A stretch of 64,000 nucleotides of DNA, taken from the IMG/VR virus record IMGVR_UViG_3300037261_000082, positions 1-64,000 of that record; one strand, written 5' to 3'. A program made the position numbers and the translations under genes. This stretch comes from a virus. Position 1 is the stretch's first letter, and each line of letters begins with the position of its first letter. Below are positions 8,597 through 18,139 of the stretch, in pieces. A model generated the notes under the pieces. It made no database searches. It saw only the letters and a list, made by a program, of their open reading frames with translations, and was not told the origin of the DNA.

Positions 8597-9727
8597 TTGA
8601 TGGAACAAGAAGTTGCAAGTCCGAAAAAGAAGCAGTCGCCGACCAACGTTCGGTCCGCTGAAGTGTTGGCGATTGCTCACTCACGTGTTCTTGAGTTGTT
8701 TACTTACGCTCCCCAAAGTGGCAAACTTCTGTGGAAGATAAAAATTGCGCGTAAGGTTGTGCCCGGAACTGTAGCAGGACAGCAGAATTCTGACGGGTAC
8801 TGGTACGTTGGGTTTGACGGCAAACGGTTGCCCCTACACCATGTGATTTGGTTCTATCATTATGGTTCTTGGCCTACTGAGTACCTTGGCTTTAAGAATG
8901 GTAATTACGACGATACCCATGTAGAAAATTTGAAGTTATTAACAGCTTCAGATAAGCAGAAAATTGAAGCCCTTCAACACTTTGGTTTGAGCGCCGAACA
9001 GAAAGCTATTAAGTACAATCCTAAGCATAAGTACTGGCGTGTTCGGTTTAAGGGTGTGAAGCTTGGCAAGTTTTACACCTATGAGGCTGCGAAAGAGGTT
9101 TATGATAAAGCTCTTAGTGGGGAACTTGACTTAGCTCATCAAGCTGAAGTCAATTCTAAGATGGCGCTTTTGCGGTTGCGTACAAGCTGGCGCATGGTGC
9201 TTAAAGCTGGACCGCATGGTTGGAAATCTTTTGCACATTTTGTTGAGACGGTTAAGGACCGTCCCGGTAAGCTTACTAAGCTCCGTCCTAAGGATTTGAA
9301 TACTCTCATTGGGCCTAATAACTTTGAGTGGGAAACTTTAACTGTTGATGAAGCCAAGGCTCGCTACCAAAGTCAAAGTACGGAAGCTTACGAAGCTTCC
9401 CGTGTTAATTGGGTAAGCCGTAAGTTTGGTGTTTCTACTGAATGGTACGATGACACGCTTAAAGCACAAGGTGGTGTTTGCGCTATTTGTGCCAAACCAG
9501 AAACTGCTGTTCGGTTAGGAAAACTTCTTCCTCTTAGTGTAGATCATGATCACGTAACCGGGAAGGTTCGAGGCCTCCTTTGTACCTCTTGTAACATCGG
9601 AATTGGTGCTTTACAGGATGATCCTACTATTATGCGTACTGCTACTAATTATGTTGAACGCTGGCGTGCAGAACATGTAGCACCTTTGCCCGAAAATGTT
9701 GTTTCTCTTAAAGACCATAAAGCTTAG
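8597..9727 (+). CDS. free-standing homing endonuclease: degenerate HNH, AP2-like segment, endonuclease VII domain
   Basis: HHVIWFYHYG...ENL; C-terminal QGGVCAIC...VDHDH.TGKVRGLLC..CN; ATG probably 8600. Confidence 0.85.
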   Translation: MMEQEVASPKKKQSPTNVRSAEVLAIAHSRVLELFTYAPQSGKLLWKIKIARKVVPGTVAGQQNSDGYWYVGFDGKRLPLHHVIWFYHYGSWPTEYLGFKNGNYDDTHVENLKLLTASDKQKIEALQHFGLSAEQKAIKYNPKHKYWRVRFKGVKLGKFYTYEAAKEVYDKALSGELDLAHQAEVNSKMALLRLRTSWRMVLKAGPHGWKSFAHFVETVKDRPGKLTKLRPKDLNTLIGPNNFEWETLTVDEAKARYQSQSTEAYEASRVNWVSRKFGVSTEWYDDTLKAQGGVCAICAKPETAVRLGKLLPLSVDHDHVTGKVRGLLCTSCNIGIGALQDDPTIMRTATNYVERWRAEHVAPLPENVVSLKDHKA

Positions 9728-9786
9728 CCTGGCTTGACCGGCGTAAAGCATCAACGCACTGCTCCTCCTCGCGTGTTGCTCAAACT

Positions 9787-9819
9787 CCCAGAGGGACTAA
9801 TCCTCCTTCTGGGTCTTTT
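9787..9819 (+). terminator. probable intrinsic terminator
   Basis: CCCAGAGGGA/TCCTTCTGGG stem followed by TCTTTT. Confidence 0.5.
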
Positions 9820-9868
9820 CCCGAGGACTAGCGACGGGTAGCTCGCTGTCTAACAAAGGATCACGTAG

Positions 9869-10840
9869 ATGACTACGCCCGGTTTTAACAACCCCGCATA
9901 TCTAGTTGGTCAATTCGGAATGCCGTTGTATGGCATTTCCGGATTGCCGCCGTTTACTGGTAACTACTTCTGGGTCGACGAGACCAACGGGAGTGATGGT
10001 AATACGGGTGGTCCTACTGACGCCTTCAAGACGCTGACCCAGGCGCTGTCCCGGTGTACGTCCGGTAATAGCGACGTCATTTTCATGACCGGCTCAGTGC
10101 ATACTGCGACAACTATCGCTTGGAACCTGAACAAGACCCATCTTATTGGTCTGTCACCGCCGTCTCAGAATAGCCGGGCGCGTATCGCAATTACGAATAC
10201 GGCCTCGACGACAGCGGTTACTCCGTTGGTCAATGTCACGGCATCAGGCTGCATCTTTCAGAACATCGAAGTGTTCAACGGGGTCAACGCTAACTCGGCT
10301 CAGGTTGCCTGGCTAGAAGCGGGTGGCCAGAACTTCTACCAGAACTGCAATTTCATTGGCACAGGCCATCTTACTGCCGCTGCGCATGCCGGTAATCGGG
10401 CACTCTCTGTTGCCAGTGATGAGAACTTGTTCAAGGAATGCACGATTGGTGGTGACACCATTTTGCGGGCCACGGGTAATAATGCTACGATGGACACTAT
10501 TGTCAATCCAACCAGTGGTTTGGGCGCGGCGCGCAACATCTTCCGAGATTGTGCCTTCCAGGCTTGGACGAGCAATGCTGCCGACCTTCATGTGCTGGTT
10601 GCGGCTGGCACTATCGACAGGTATCTCCTGTTCCATCGCTGCACCTTCCTGAATGCAATCAACTCAACGGGTACGGCTATGACCGTAGGCTTCACAGTCA
10701 ATGCCTCTGCGGGCGGTTCTGTGCTGCTGCAAGAGTGTGCCTCTGTTGGGGCTACCGTTTATGCCACGACTGGGCCTATCTATGTACAAGGTTCTGTGCC
10801 AACTGGTGCGACCTCTGGTCTTGCGGTTGCGGCTACCTAA
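9869..10840 (+). CDS. beta-helix (pectin-lyase-like) virion protein
   Basis: DGNTG...AFKTLTQAL start; repeated F..C.F rungs. Confidence 0.7.
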   Translation: MTTPGFNNPAYLVGQFGMPLYGISGLPPFTGNYFWVDETNGSDGNTGGPTDAFKTLTQALSRCTSGNSDVIFMTGSVHTATTIAWNLNKTHLIGLSPPSQNSRARIAITNTASTTAVTPLVNVTASGCIFQNIEVFNGVNANSAQVAWLEAGGQNFYQNCNFIGTGHLTAAAHAGNRALSVASDENLFKECTIGGDTILRATGNNATMDTIVNPTSGLGAARNIFRDCAFQAWTSNAADLHVLVAAGTIDRYLLFHRCTFLNAINSTGTAMTVGFTVNASAGGSVLLQECASVGATVYATTGPIYVQGSVPTGATSGLAVAAT

Positions 10841-10846
10841 CCAATA

Positions 10847-10908
10847 ACCTGATCGTAAGCAGGTAACCTTCTTACGACCGAGCCCACGGATCCGGGTCAC
10901 TACGAAGG
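10847..10908 (+). promoter_or_regulatory. H-type pseudoknot with an alternative RBS-sequestering hairpin
   Basis: S1 ACCTG/CAGGT, L1 A, S2 TCGTAAG/CTTACGA; alternative CCTTC/GAAGG and GACC/GGTC pairings. Confidence 0.55.
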
Positions 10909-10917
10909 AATTCTGTC

Positions 10918-11289
10918 ATGTCTCGTTCCCGTCATATGAAGCGCGCCAAGGGTGGTGCTACTGTTTACGCTGGTGAAGGTTCTAACGTGCTCAAGGAAGC
11001 CGAAGAGCGCAAGCGTGGTGGCAAGGTTCACGGCGAAGGCGAAAAAGGCAAAGAACGTGGCGATCGTCGTAAGCGTGGGGGCAAGGTTGAGCGCAAAGAA
11101 CACGAGCGCAAGCATGGCGGTAAAGTTGAGCATGAGAAGGAAGAGCACGAACGTAAGGCTGGCGGTGCTGTTTCCCCAGGCCGCAAGCGCGGCGGCGGTA
11201 TTGGGGCGAACTTGACCCCACTTAGCACGGCTGCCCGTATCAAGGAAGTCACCAAGGGTGAGTCTTCCGAGGACGAAGGCAAGCACTAG
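10918..11289 (+). CDS. highly charged GG-motif protein, probable internal/DNA-associated virion protein
   Basis: Six R(K/A)xGG motifs. Confidence 0.8.
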   Translation: MSRSRHMKRAKGGATVYAGEGSNVLKEAEERKRGGKVHGEGEKGKERGDRRKRGGKVERKEHERKHGGKVEHEKEEHERKAGGAVSPGRKRGGGIGANLTPLSTAARIKEVTKGESSEDEGKH

Positions 11290-11308
11290 CCTTTAGGAGG
11301 CTCTCCTA

Positions 11309-11554
11309 GTGGCTAAGCTGAGCACCAAAGCCCGTAAGAAGCTGCCAGGTAAGTCATTTGCTGGGCCGGGCCGCTCATACCCCATAGAAGATGCAGCCCA
11401 TGCCAGGAACGCTCTGGCAAGGGCTGCACAGCATGCCAGCCCCGAACTAGCCGCTACGATCAAGGCCAAGGTCCGCCGCCGTTACCCCGGCATAAAGGTC
11501 GAGGGCGAACCCAGCAAGCCCCGTGCTGACCGCCCCAAGCGTAAGAAGGACTGA
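11309..11554 (+). CDS. small basic virion-module protein (DUF6582-like)
   Basis: RKKLP..SFA.P.R.YPI.D..HARNALAR; AGGAGG RBS. Confidence 0.75.
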   Translation: MAKLSTKARKKLPGKSFAGPGRSYPIEDAAHARNALARAAQHASPELAATIKAKVRRRYPGIKVEGEPSKPRADRPKRKKD

Positions 11555-11559
11555 GTTTT

Positions 11560-12216
11560 ATGCGGCCAATTGTTGTCAAGGTCGGCCCTCTAGCCGCTGC
11601 CTCACCCAATAACATTGTTACGGTACAGGCCACTCCAGCGGTTGGAGCCATTCTTCCGTTGACTGCAGGAGCCGCTGCTGGCACTATCCCAGACACAGCA
11701 CGCCGTGTCCTAATAACGTCAACTGGCAACGATAGTGGCACTACAATTACTGTTTCCGGAACAGACTGGAACAATTCGCTAATAAGCGAAAATGTTACAG
11801 GTATAAATACAACTGCGTACACGGTATACGATTACAAGACGGTTACCAGTATTGTAATTCTTTCGGCTGCCGGTGCTAACACCGTTGGCAATATTACTGT
11901 TGGTACGAACGGAGTAGCGTCAAGTCGTCCAGTTTTCCTTGATACTTTTGCTATGCCGCAGACGTCAATCCAGGTCTCGGTGTCAGGAACAATCAACTAC
12001 ACGGTTCGGCAGACACTGGACAATCCAAACTCGCCAAACAATCCTGTTCTTTATTCTGCAGTTACCTGGTTGAACCACCCCGATAGCAACCTTGTTGCAG
12101 CTGCAGGGAATGTGCAGGGGAATTATGCTTATGTGCCTTCAATGGTACAACTTTTGATCAATTCAAATACTAACCCCGCCTACGCTACCATGACGCTTAT
12201 TCAAGCGGATGCCTAA
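11560..12216 (+). CDS. virion structural protein
   Basis: Thr/Asn/Val-rich; RRVLITS.GND.G.TITV.GTD. Confidence 0.75.
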   Translation: MRPIVVKVGPLAAASPNNIVTVQATPAVGAILPLTAGAAAGTIPDTARRVLITSTGNDSGTTITVSGTDWNNSLISENVTGINTTAYTVYDYKTVTSIVILSAAGANTVGNITVGTNGVASSRPVFLDTFAMPQTSIQVSVSGTINYTVRQTLDNPNSPNNPVLYSAVTWLNHPDSNLVAAAGNVQGNYAYVPSMVQLLINSNTNPAYATMTLIQADA

Positions 12217-12428
12217 TGCCGGGCTTAATTGAAGACACCACTGGTCTTTACTATGGGCAAGGACTTAGCTTTGAACCTAGCTTAGGTGGCGCTGGTTTAA
12301 CTAATACATCAACAATTGATACTGTTCTGTTTACGGGGGCAGGCAACCTAGTTGCAGCCACAAAACTTCTGGTAGCTGCAAGGGCTACTTTCGGGGGTAG
12401 TGGTTCTTTCTCCGTGCATGCTTCCTAA
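12216..12428 (+). CDS. small virion protein with FxGxGxL repeats
   Basis: TAATG coupling; repeats shared with the 20010 and 21891 proteins. Confidence 0.6.
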   Translation: MPGLIEDTTGLYYGQGLSFEPSLGGAGLTNTSTIDTVLFTGAGNLVAATKLLVAARATFGGSGSFSVHAS

Positions 12429-12437
12429 TAGGGTCTT

Positions 12438-13115
12438 ATGCCAACTTCCAATACTTTCTCCTTCAATCCTGCTATTGGAACTCTAACGCTCAATGCTTTT
12501 GCGCGTTGCGGTGTGCGACGTACTGAGCTTACCCCGCAGCACATGAGTGATGCATTTCTTGAGGCAAATTTTCTTCAAGGCGATTGGGCAGCGGATGGGA
12601 TCATCTGGTGGACTGTAGAGCGTGTAGATCAACCTTTGACGGCTGGTGCACCTACTTATGGGTTACCCACTAACACAATAACGATCTTAGATTTATATAT
12701 TACGGCAAATGGTCAAAACCGTTTGATTATGCCTTTCTCTCGTACGGACTATGCTAGTTTGGCTGAGCCATTACAGCAAGGGTTCCCAACTAGCTTTTGG
12801 TTTGACCGGGCACTGATACCTACTGTTACATTGTGGCCTGTGCCGGATAACAACACGACGTATTCAATGTCCTATTACGTTTATACCCAACCTGAAGATG
12901 CTTTGTTGCGGGCAGGCGGTCAGGCAGCTATTCCTTACTGGTGGTTAAATGCGTACGTGGCTGACCTATCCCATCGTCTTGCGCGGATTTATGCGCCTGC
13001 CCTAGAAGCTGCACGTAAAATGGATCGTGATGAAGCTTATCAACGGGCATGCAAACAAACTGAGCCGAGTCCACTTTTCGTAACGCCTGGACTTTCTGGC
13101 TATTTCAGAGCGTGA
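12438..13115 (+). CDS. head-tail adaptor / tail tubular protein A-like
   Basis: SRTDYA...G.PT.FWFDR...TLWPVPD; position after the capsid genes. Confidence 0.75.
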   Translation: MPTSNTFSFNPAIGTLTLNAFARCGVRRTELTPQHMSDAFLEANFLQGDWAADGIIWWTVERVDQPLTAGAPTYGLPTNTITILDLYITANGQNRLIMPFSRTDYASLAEPLQQGFPTSFWFDRALIPTVTLWPVPDNNTTYSMSYYVYTQPEDALLRAGGQAAIPYWWLNAYVADLSHRLARIYAPALEAARKMDRDEAYQRACKQTEPSPLFVTPGLSGYFRA

Positions 13116-13187
13116 GTTTTAAGCAAACTTCTGGCAAGCCTTTATTTTGATGTTACCAAGGCGTATCAAAATCAAAACCGTGGAGGA

Positions 13188-13427
13188 GTGTCTATGTCTG
13201 AAGTTGAGCATGCTGTAAAAGTATTACCTATCGATAATGATCTTCAGCAAGAAGTTAAGAAACTGGAGGCTGAGGGTTGGGAGTTGATGCCTGGTATTCT
13301 GCCCGTGGCGGTCTACCACGTGGTTCGGATTAAGAACAAGCCCCAATTTGCTCAGGCTGCTGAAGGCAACATGGGTATTGACGACACCAAGGTAGGTATC
13401 CTTCGTGATGGCAAGTTGGTGAACTAG
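13188..13427 (+). CDS. hypothetical protein
   Basis: GGAGG RBS, ORF. Confidence 0.6.
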   Translation: MSMSEVEHAVKVLPIDNDLQQEVKKLEAEGWELMPGILPVAVYHVVRIKNKPQFAQAAEGNMGIDDTKVGILRDGKLVN

Positions 13428-13429
13428 CC

Positions 13430-14503
13430 GTGAGTATGGGGTGGGCTGCGATTTGTCGGCTGGGGGGTGTTGGTGATAATCTCATAGCAGCTTCAGTGCT
13501 GCGCCCGCTTAAACAACTTGGGTATAAGACAGAGGTAATTACTACCGAGAAGGAAACCCACACGGTCTTCCTTAACAACCCTTTCATTGATAAATTGTCA
13601 TTGAAGGGTGAGAAGGATATTCCTGGGGGTGCTGAATGGCAGAAGTGGTTTGCTGCTCGTGCCGGTGAGTACGAAGTCTTTGCCAATTTATCACATTCCT
13701 GTGAGTACCGTCACGCTTTATTTCCGGACTCAACTGCGTTCTGGTGGCCTTCAGAGTATCGCCGCAAGCTTTGCGCTGGGTCATACCTAGAAACTGTTCA
13801 TGATATTGTGGGTGTCCCGCATACGTTTGGGCCACTGTTCTTTCCTACCGAGGAAGAACAGGAACGTGCTGAACGTACCCGTGACGAACAAATAAAGGGT
13901 CGCTACATTGCCTGGGTAGTTTCTGGGTCACGCCTCGATAAAATTTACCCGTATGCGGCTATGGCTATCGGACGGCTTATTCGAGAGCTTAATGTTCCCG
14001 TGGTTATGATTGGGGTAGGAGCTAAGCAGTTTGAGATGGCTAAGCAGATGATGGAACATGTCAATCGTCAGAATGGCACGAAGGATATGCTTCATCTGGC
14101 GTTGTCTCCTGATAATGCTGATCCTGGTGGTAACCAGGATTGGCCCATTCGTCGTTCCCTTGCGCAGGCTATGGCAGCCGACTTGGTTATTACCCCTGAT
14201 ACGGGTGTGGCTTGGGCGGTAGCTATGGAGAACGTACCTAAGATGGTTATGGTCAGTCACGCCAGCGTTGAGAATATTACCAAGCATTGGGTCAACACAA
14301 TTACACTGCACGCGGACCCCAACAAGGTGCCTTGCTGGCCGTGCCACCGGTTACATAATGAGATTGCTACATGCGTGCCTAATAAGGATATGGGTCAGGC
14401 GGCGGCTTGCATTAGCGATATCTCAGTGCAGACTATCGTCGAGACTGCTGAGCGGCTTTGGAACAAGAATAATGTTATACCATTGAGAGAAGCGGCAGAG
14501 TAA
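13430..14503 (+). CDS. GT9-like (heptosyltransferase-fold) glycosyltransferase
   Basis: RLGGVGDNL; ITPDTGVAWA; C-terminal CWPCH...C...C. Confidence 0.8.
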   Translation: MSMGWAAICRLGGVGDNLIAASVLRPLKQLGYKTEVITTEKETHTVFLNNPFIDKLSLKGEKDIPGGAEWQKWFAARAGEYEVFANLSHSCEYRHALFPDSTAFWWPSEYRRKLCAGSYLETVHDIVGVPHTFGPLFFPTEEEQERAERTRDEQIKGRYIAWVVSGSRLDKIYPYAAMAIGRLIRELNVPVVMIGVGAKQFEMAKQMMEHVNRQNGTKDMLHLALSPDNADPGGNQDWPIRRSLAQAMAADLVITPDTGVAWAVAMENVPKMVMVSHASVENITKHWVNTITLHADPNKVPCWPCHRLHNEIATCVPNKDMGQAAACISDISVQTIVETAERLWNKNNVIPLREAAE

Positions 14504-14504
14504 G

Positions 14505-15260
14505 ATGTTAGCCAAGACTCCACCTATTGGTAGTTGTGCTCAGGACAGCATTTCAAGTATCAAACTTGAAATTGAGGACTGGCTTTACGCAGAAGTAGGT
14601 GGCGAAGTACAGAGTGGCCCATTTGAGGGAATGAAGCTTCCAAAGGAGAAAGCTTGGCGAGAGTCCTACCTGCCTCCTATGCTCTTGGGATGCTACGAGG
14701 AAGAACTTCATGGCGTACTTACTCAACAGATTGAACGACTGAAGAATTGGGAGCGTTTACCCAACGTAGTGGTTGTTGGTTGTGCAGAGGGTTATTACGC
14801 AGTGGGTCTTGCTCGAAGGTTACCAAAAGCTACTATCTATGCTCTGGATATTGATGCTATGGCGTTAGAAATAGCAGCAATAGCGGCTAAAGCCAACGGT
14901 GTCTCGCTGAAAATTGGTGCGCCGTTGAATGAAGTCTTTGCTGCTCCTAATCTTATTGTTATGGATTGCGAAGGGGCTGAGGTTGATTATCTAAACTTAG
15001 ATACTTTTCCTGCTTTGGCGGGTTCTTATATCATTCTTGAGGTACATAATCTACCAAACCAGAATACAGACGCTATAATTCTTGATCGGTTTCGAGGCAC
15101 TCATCGTATCGATATGATTATGGAAGGTCCGCGCAATCCTACCAATTATACGCAGCTTTGTGCCTTATCATCCACCTACCGTTGGATGGCGGTGTGTGAA
15201 GGTCGGCCTTGTCTTATGGCTTGGTACTCAATGACGCCCAGAGGGATGAGCGTCTCATGA
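14505..15260 (+). CDS. SAM-dependent methyltransferase (FkbM-like)
   Basis: VGCAEGYYA motif I; MDCEGAE; LEVH. Confidence 0.75.
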   Translation: MLAKTPPIGSCAQDSISSIKLEIEDWLYAEVGGEVQSGPFEGMKLPKEKAWRESYLPPMLLGCYEEELHGVLTQQIERLKNWERLPNVVVVGCAEGYYAVGLARRLPKATIYALDIDAMALEIAAIAAKANGVSLKIGAPLNEVFAAPNLIVMDCEGAEVDYLNLDTFPALAGSYIILEVHNLPNQNTDAIILDRFRGTHRIDMIMEGPRNPTNYTQLCALSSTYRWMAVCEGRPCLMAWYSMTPRGMSVS

Positions 15261-16030
15261 AGATTGGAATTATTGGAGTAGGGGTCGTTGGTGGTACGTT
15301 GGCTTATGGCTTTAATCGTATTGGTCACGAAGTCATTAAACACGACCTTAAATTGGCAACTAAGATTGACGTTGTTTTAGGTACACTTCTTACTTTCGTG
15401 TGTGTACCAACACTGCAGGCTGTTAACGGCTTGTGTGATACTTCTTCTGTAGAAGAAGTTGTGGCCTCCTTAGCCGAAATTGGTTATGAGGGTGTTGTTG
15501 TTATTAAGTCAACGGTTACTCCTGGAACGACGGATAGGTTAGCAAAAGAGTTTCCTTTCCTACGCTTAGCGTTCTGCCCAGAATTCTTGCGGGAGAAGTC
15601 AACTTACAGTGATTTTGTTGAAAATCATGATGTGTGTATTATTGGAACTCTATATGACAAGGACTTTGAGTTGATCAAAGCTGCCCACGAACCTTTGCCC
15701 AAGGCGTACGAACTTTTGACCCCAATTGAGGCTGAATTGGCTAAGTACTTCTCAAATACATTCAATGCAGCGCGAATCATATTTGCTAATCAGTTCTTTG
15801 AGGTTTGTAAGGCTGTGGGCGCTAACTATACAGCGGTCAAGAATGCAGTGTCTAAGCGTACGAATATTGGGGGTTATTACCTGGATTGTAATGAGAACTT
15901 CCGTGCATTTGGTGGTTCGTGTTTGCCGAAGGATACTTCGGCTCTTGCTACTTTTGTAAAGGAGAAAGGGATAGACGCTCCTATGTTTGAATGGCTGCTG
16001 GCTGCAAACGAGAGGATCAAAAGCAAATGA
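15257..16030 (+). CDS. UDP-glucose/GDP-mannose 6-dehydrogenase family, short form lacking the C-terminal domain
   Basis: GIIGVGVVG, KSTV.PG, PEFLRE, AELAKY..N, FGGSCLPKD; ATGA coupling. Confidence 0.9.
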   Translation: MKIGIIGVGVVGGTLAYGFNRIGHEVIKHDLKLATKIDVVLGTLLTFVCVPTLQAVNGLCDTSSVEEVVASLAEIGYEGVVVIKSTVTPGTTDRLAKEFPFLRLAFCPEFLREKSTYSDFVENHDVCIIGTLYDKDFELIKAAHEPLPKAYELLTPIEAELAKYFSNTFNAARIIFANQFFEVCKAVGANYTAVKNAVSKRTNIGGYYLDCNENFRAFGGSCLPKDTSALATFVKEKGIDAPMFEWLLAANERIKSK

Positions 16031-16929
16031 TCCTGGTCACAGGGGGCATGGGTTTTATTGGCCGGGCTTTAGTCAAGGCACTTGTTGAGCGTGGTGAGAA
16101 GGTGCGGGTACTTGATAATGGCTGGCGGCACGGCCAAGGGCACAAGATGCCAAATGGCGTTGAATTCTTCAATGGTGATATTCGTGATAGTGCAACTGTC
16201 TTGCAGGCTGTGGCAGGTTGTGAAGAAGTGCATCATTTAGCAGCGATCAATGGTACGTCAAACTTCTACAAGTACCCTGGATTAGTGCTGGACGTTGCGG
16301 TTAAGGGCATGATTAACGTGCTCGACGCTTGCAAGGTGCATGGAGTTAAGACCCTAATGCTGGCATCCTCGTCAGAGGTCTACCAGACGGCAGTGGTTAT
16401 CCCAACACCAGAGGACGTCCCGCTGGTTATTCCAGATCCGTACAACCCGCGCTATAGCTACGCTGCTGGGAAGATTATCAGCGAAATGATGTTGCTGCAT
16501 TCCGCGCGTAATATCGAACGTGCTATTATCATGCGTCCCCATAATATCTACGGTCCCAATATGGGGAATGAGCATGTCATACCCCGACTGGCTAGGGACC
16601 CAAGTAACTTTACGGATGGTCAGCAGACTCGTGCATTTTGTTATATTGACGATGCAATAGACGGTTGGATGATAGCTCGTGAGCATGGTGAACACCGTCA
16701 GGTTTATAATCTAGGTACAGACCACGAGATTCGAGTAGTTGACCTTGCTTATCGTATTGTGGCATTGGCTGGGTTTACTCCAGTAGTTTCTGCCCCTGCT
16801 CCGGCGGATGGTGGTACAGAACGAAGGTGCCCTGATATATCGAAGTTGAGGGCGCTGGGGTACCAGCCCAAAGTTAGCCTTGAAGAGGGTTTAAGCAAAT
16901 CGATGGAGTGGTATCGTGCAGCTGCATAA
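16027..16929 (+). CDS. NAD-dependent sugar epimerase/dehydratase (UDP-glucuronate decarboxylase-like)
   Basis: ILVTGGMGFIG, SSSEVY, PRYSYAAGK, TRAFCYIDD, RRCPDISK. Confidence 0.88.
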   Translation: MILVTGGMGFIGRALVKALVERGEKVRVLDNGWRHGQGHKMPNGVEFFNGDIRDSATVLQAVAGCEEVHHLAAINGTSNFYKYPGLVLDVAVKGMINVLDACKVHGVKTLMLASSSEVYQTAVVIPTPEDVPLVIPDPYNPRYSYAAGKIISEMMLLHSARNIERAIIMRPHNIYGPNMGNEHVIPRLARDPSNFTDGQQTRAFCYIDDAIDGWMIAREHGEHRQVYNLGTDHEIRVVDLAYRIVALAGFTPVVSAPAPADGGTERRCPDISKLRALGYQPKVSLEEGLSKSMEWYRAAA

Positions 16930-18139
16930 GTGTCAGAACTGTGACGAGGTAACGACTAAGATCATGTCGCTTGGCTATATGCCGCCGTGTAACGCAATGC
17001 CAAAGATTGGTGAACCCCGCCGGGCACAACGCTGGATACCAACTGATCTGATGTTGTGTCGTTCGTGCGACCTGGTACAGCTTGCGTACGTTGAAGCGCC
17101 AACTGATGTATTTCCAGCTGATTATCCCTACGTCAGCGGATCAACTAAGATACTGCACGATAACTTTGCAAATCTGGCAAAGGAGGCTCCAGCGATTGCT
17201 GGGATGAACTTAGGAGACTTGGTGGTTGACATAGGGTCCAATGACGGAACACTGCTCTCGAAGTTCGAGGGTTATCGGCAACTTGGCATTGAGCCAACGG
17301 ATACTGCAAACATTGCGATCTCGAATCACGTCCCAACAATCCAACAATACTTCTCTGTTGGACTTGCCAAGCGTGTGGTGAGCGATTATGGAGCGGTTAA
17401 GCTTGTCACTTGCGCTAATTGTTTTGCCCATATTCCGGATGTTCACGCGGTAGTAGACGGCGTGCTTGAGTTGCTGGCACCTGACGGTGTATTTGTTACT
17501 GAGTCCCATTATTTAATGGGGCTGATTGAGCGATTACAGTACGATACGATTTATCAAGAACACCTGCGTTATTACTCACTCAACTCGCTAACTAACATTC
17601 TGAAGCGGCATGGACTTAACGTATTTCATGCCAAGCATATCCCAAGCCACGGCGGTTCGATCCGCGTCTACGCTTCGCGAGAAGCGCGTACTGTGTCAGC
17701 ATCCGCTAAGAACCTGGCAGCCAGTGAGTTGCGCGCTGATGCATTGCACGCTCGTTTGCAAACATTTGCGAGAGATGTACAGGCATCGCGTTTTGCGCTG
17801 CTTGAACGCATAGCCAATGCTAAGCGGCGTGGCCACCAAGTTGTTGGTCTTTCAGCACCGTCGCGTGGTGGTACTGTGGTGAGCTACTGTGGCCTTGACG
17901 AAACAATGATCGACTACGTCTGTGAGATTGTAGGCTCGCCAAAAATTGGCCGCTACATGCCGGGCACCGAGATTCCGGTAGTTGACGAGAGCAGGTTATT
18001 TACTGATCAACCCGATTACGCCATAATCTTCTCTTGGCATATTGCCGATGAGTTAATACCAAAGTTGCGAGCTAAAGGTTACAAAGGTGAATTCATTTTG
18101 CCATGCAATCGTGAGAGTGATTATGCTCAAGCTGCATAA
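16916..18139 (+). CDS. NDP-sugar C-methyltransferase (TylCIII/NovU/TcaB9 type)
   Basis: Two CxxC zinc pairs, DYPY.SG, DIGSNDG.LL, YDTIY.EH..YYS, HGGSIR, K.G.Y.PG..IP, PDY....W. Confidence 0.9.
   Translation: MQLHKCQNCDEVTTKIMSLGYMPPCNAMPKIGEPRRAQRWIPTDLMLCRSCDLVQLAYVEAPTDVFPADYPYVSGSTKILHDNFANLAKEAPAIAGMNLGDLVVDIGSNDGTLLSKFEGYRQLGIEPTDTANIAISNHVPTIQQYFSVGLAKRVVSDYGAVKLVTCANCFAHIPDVHAVVDGVLELLAPDGVFVTESHYLMGLIERLQYDTIYQEHLRYYSLNSLTNILKRHGLNVFHAKHIPSHGGSIRVYASREARTVSASAKNLAASELRADALHARLQTFARDVQASRFALLERIANAKRRGHQVVGLSAPSRGGTVVSYCGLDETMIDYVCEIVGSPKIGRYMPGTEIPVVDESRLFTDQPDYAIIFSWHIADELIPKLRAKGYKGEFILPCNRESDYAQAA

Noticed and set aside
8532-9868. Group I intron around the HNH gene
   Set aside because: The MCP has a complete C-terminus, no downstream exon is evident and no P7 core was recognised
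10838-10877. Stop-codon readthrough stimulated by the pseudoknot
   Set aside because: An in-frame TGA follows three codons later, and no slippery heptamer is present
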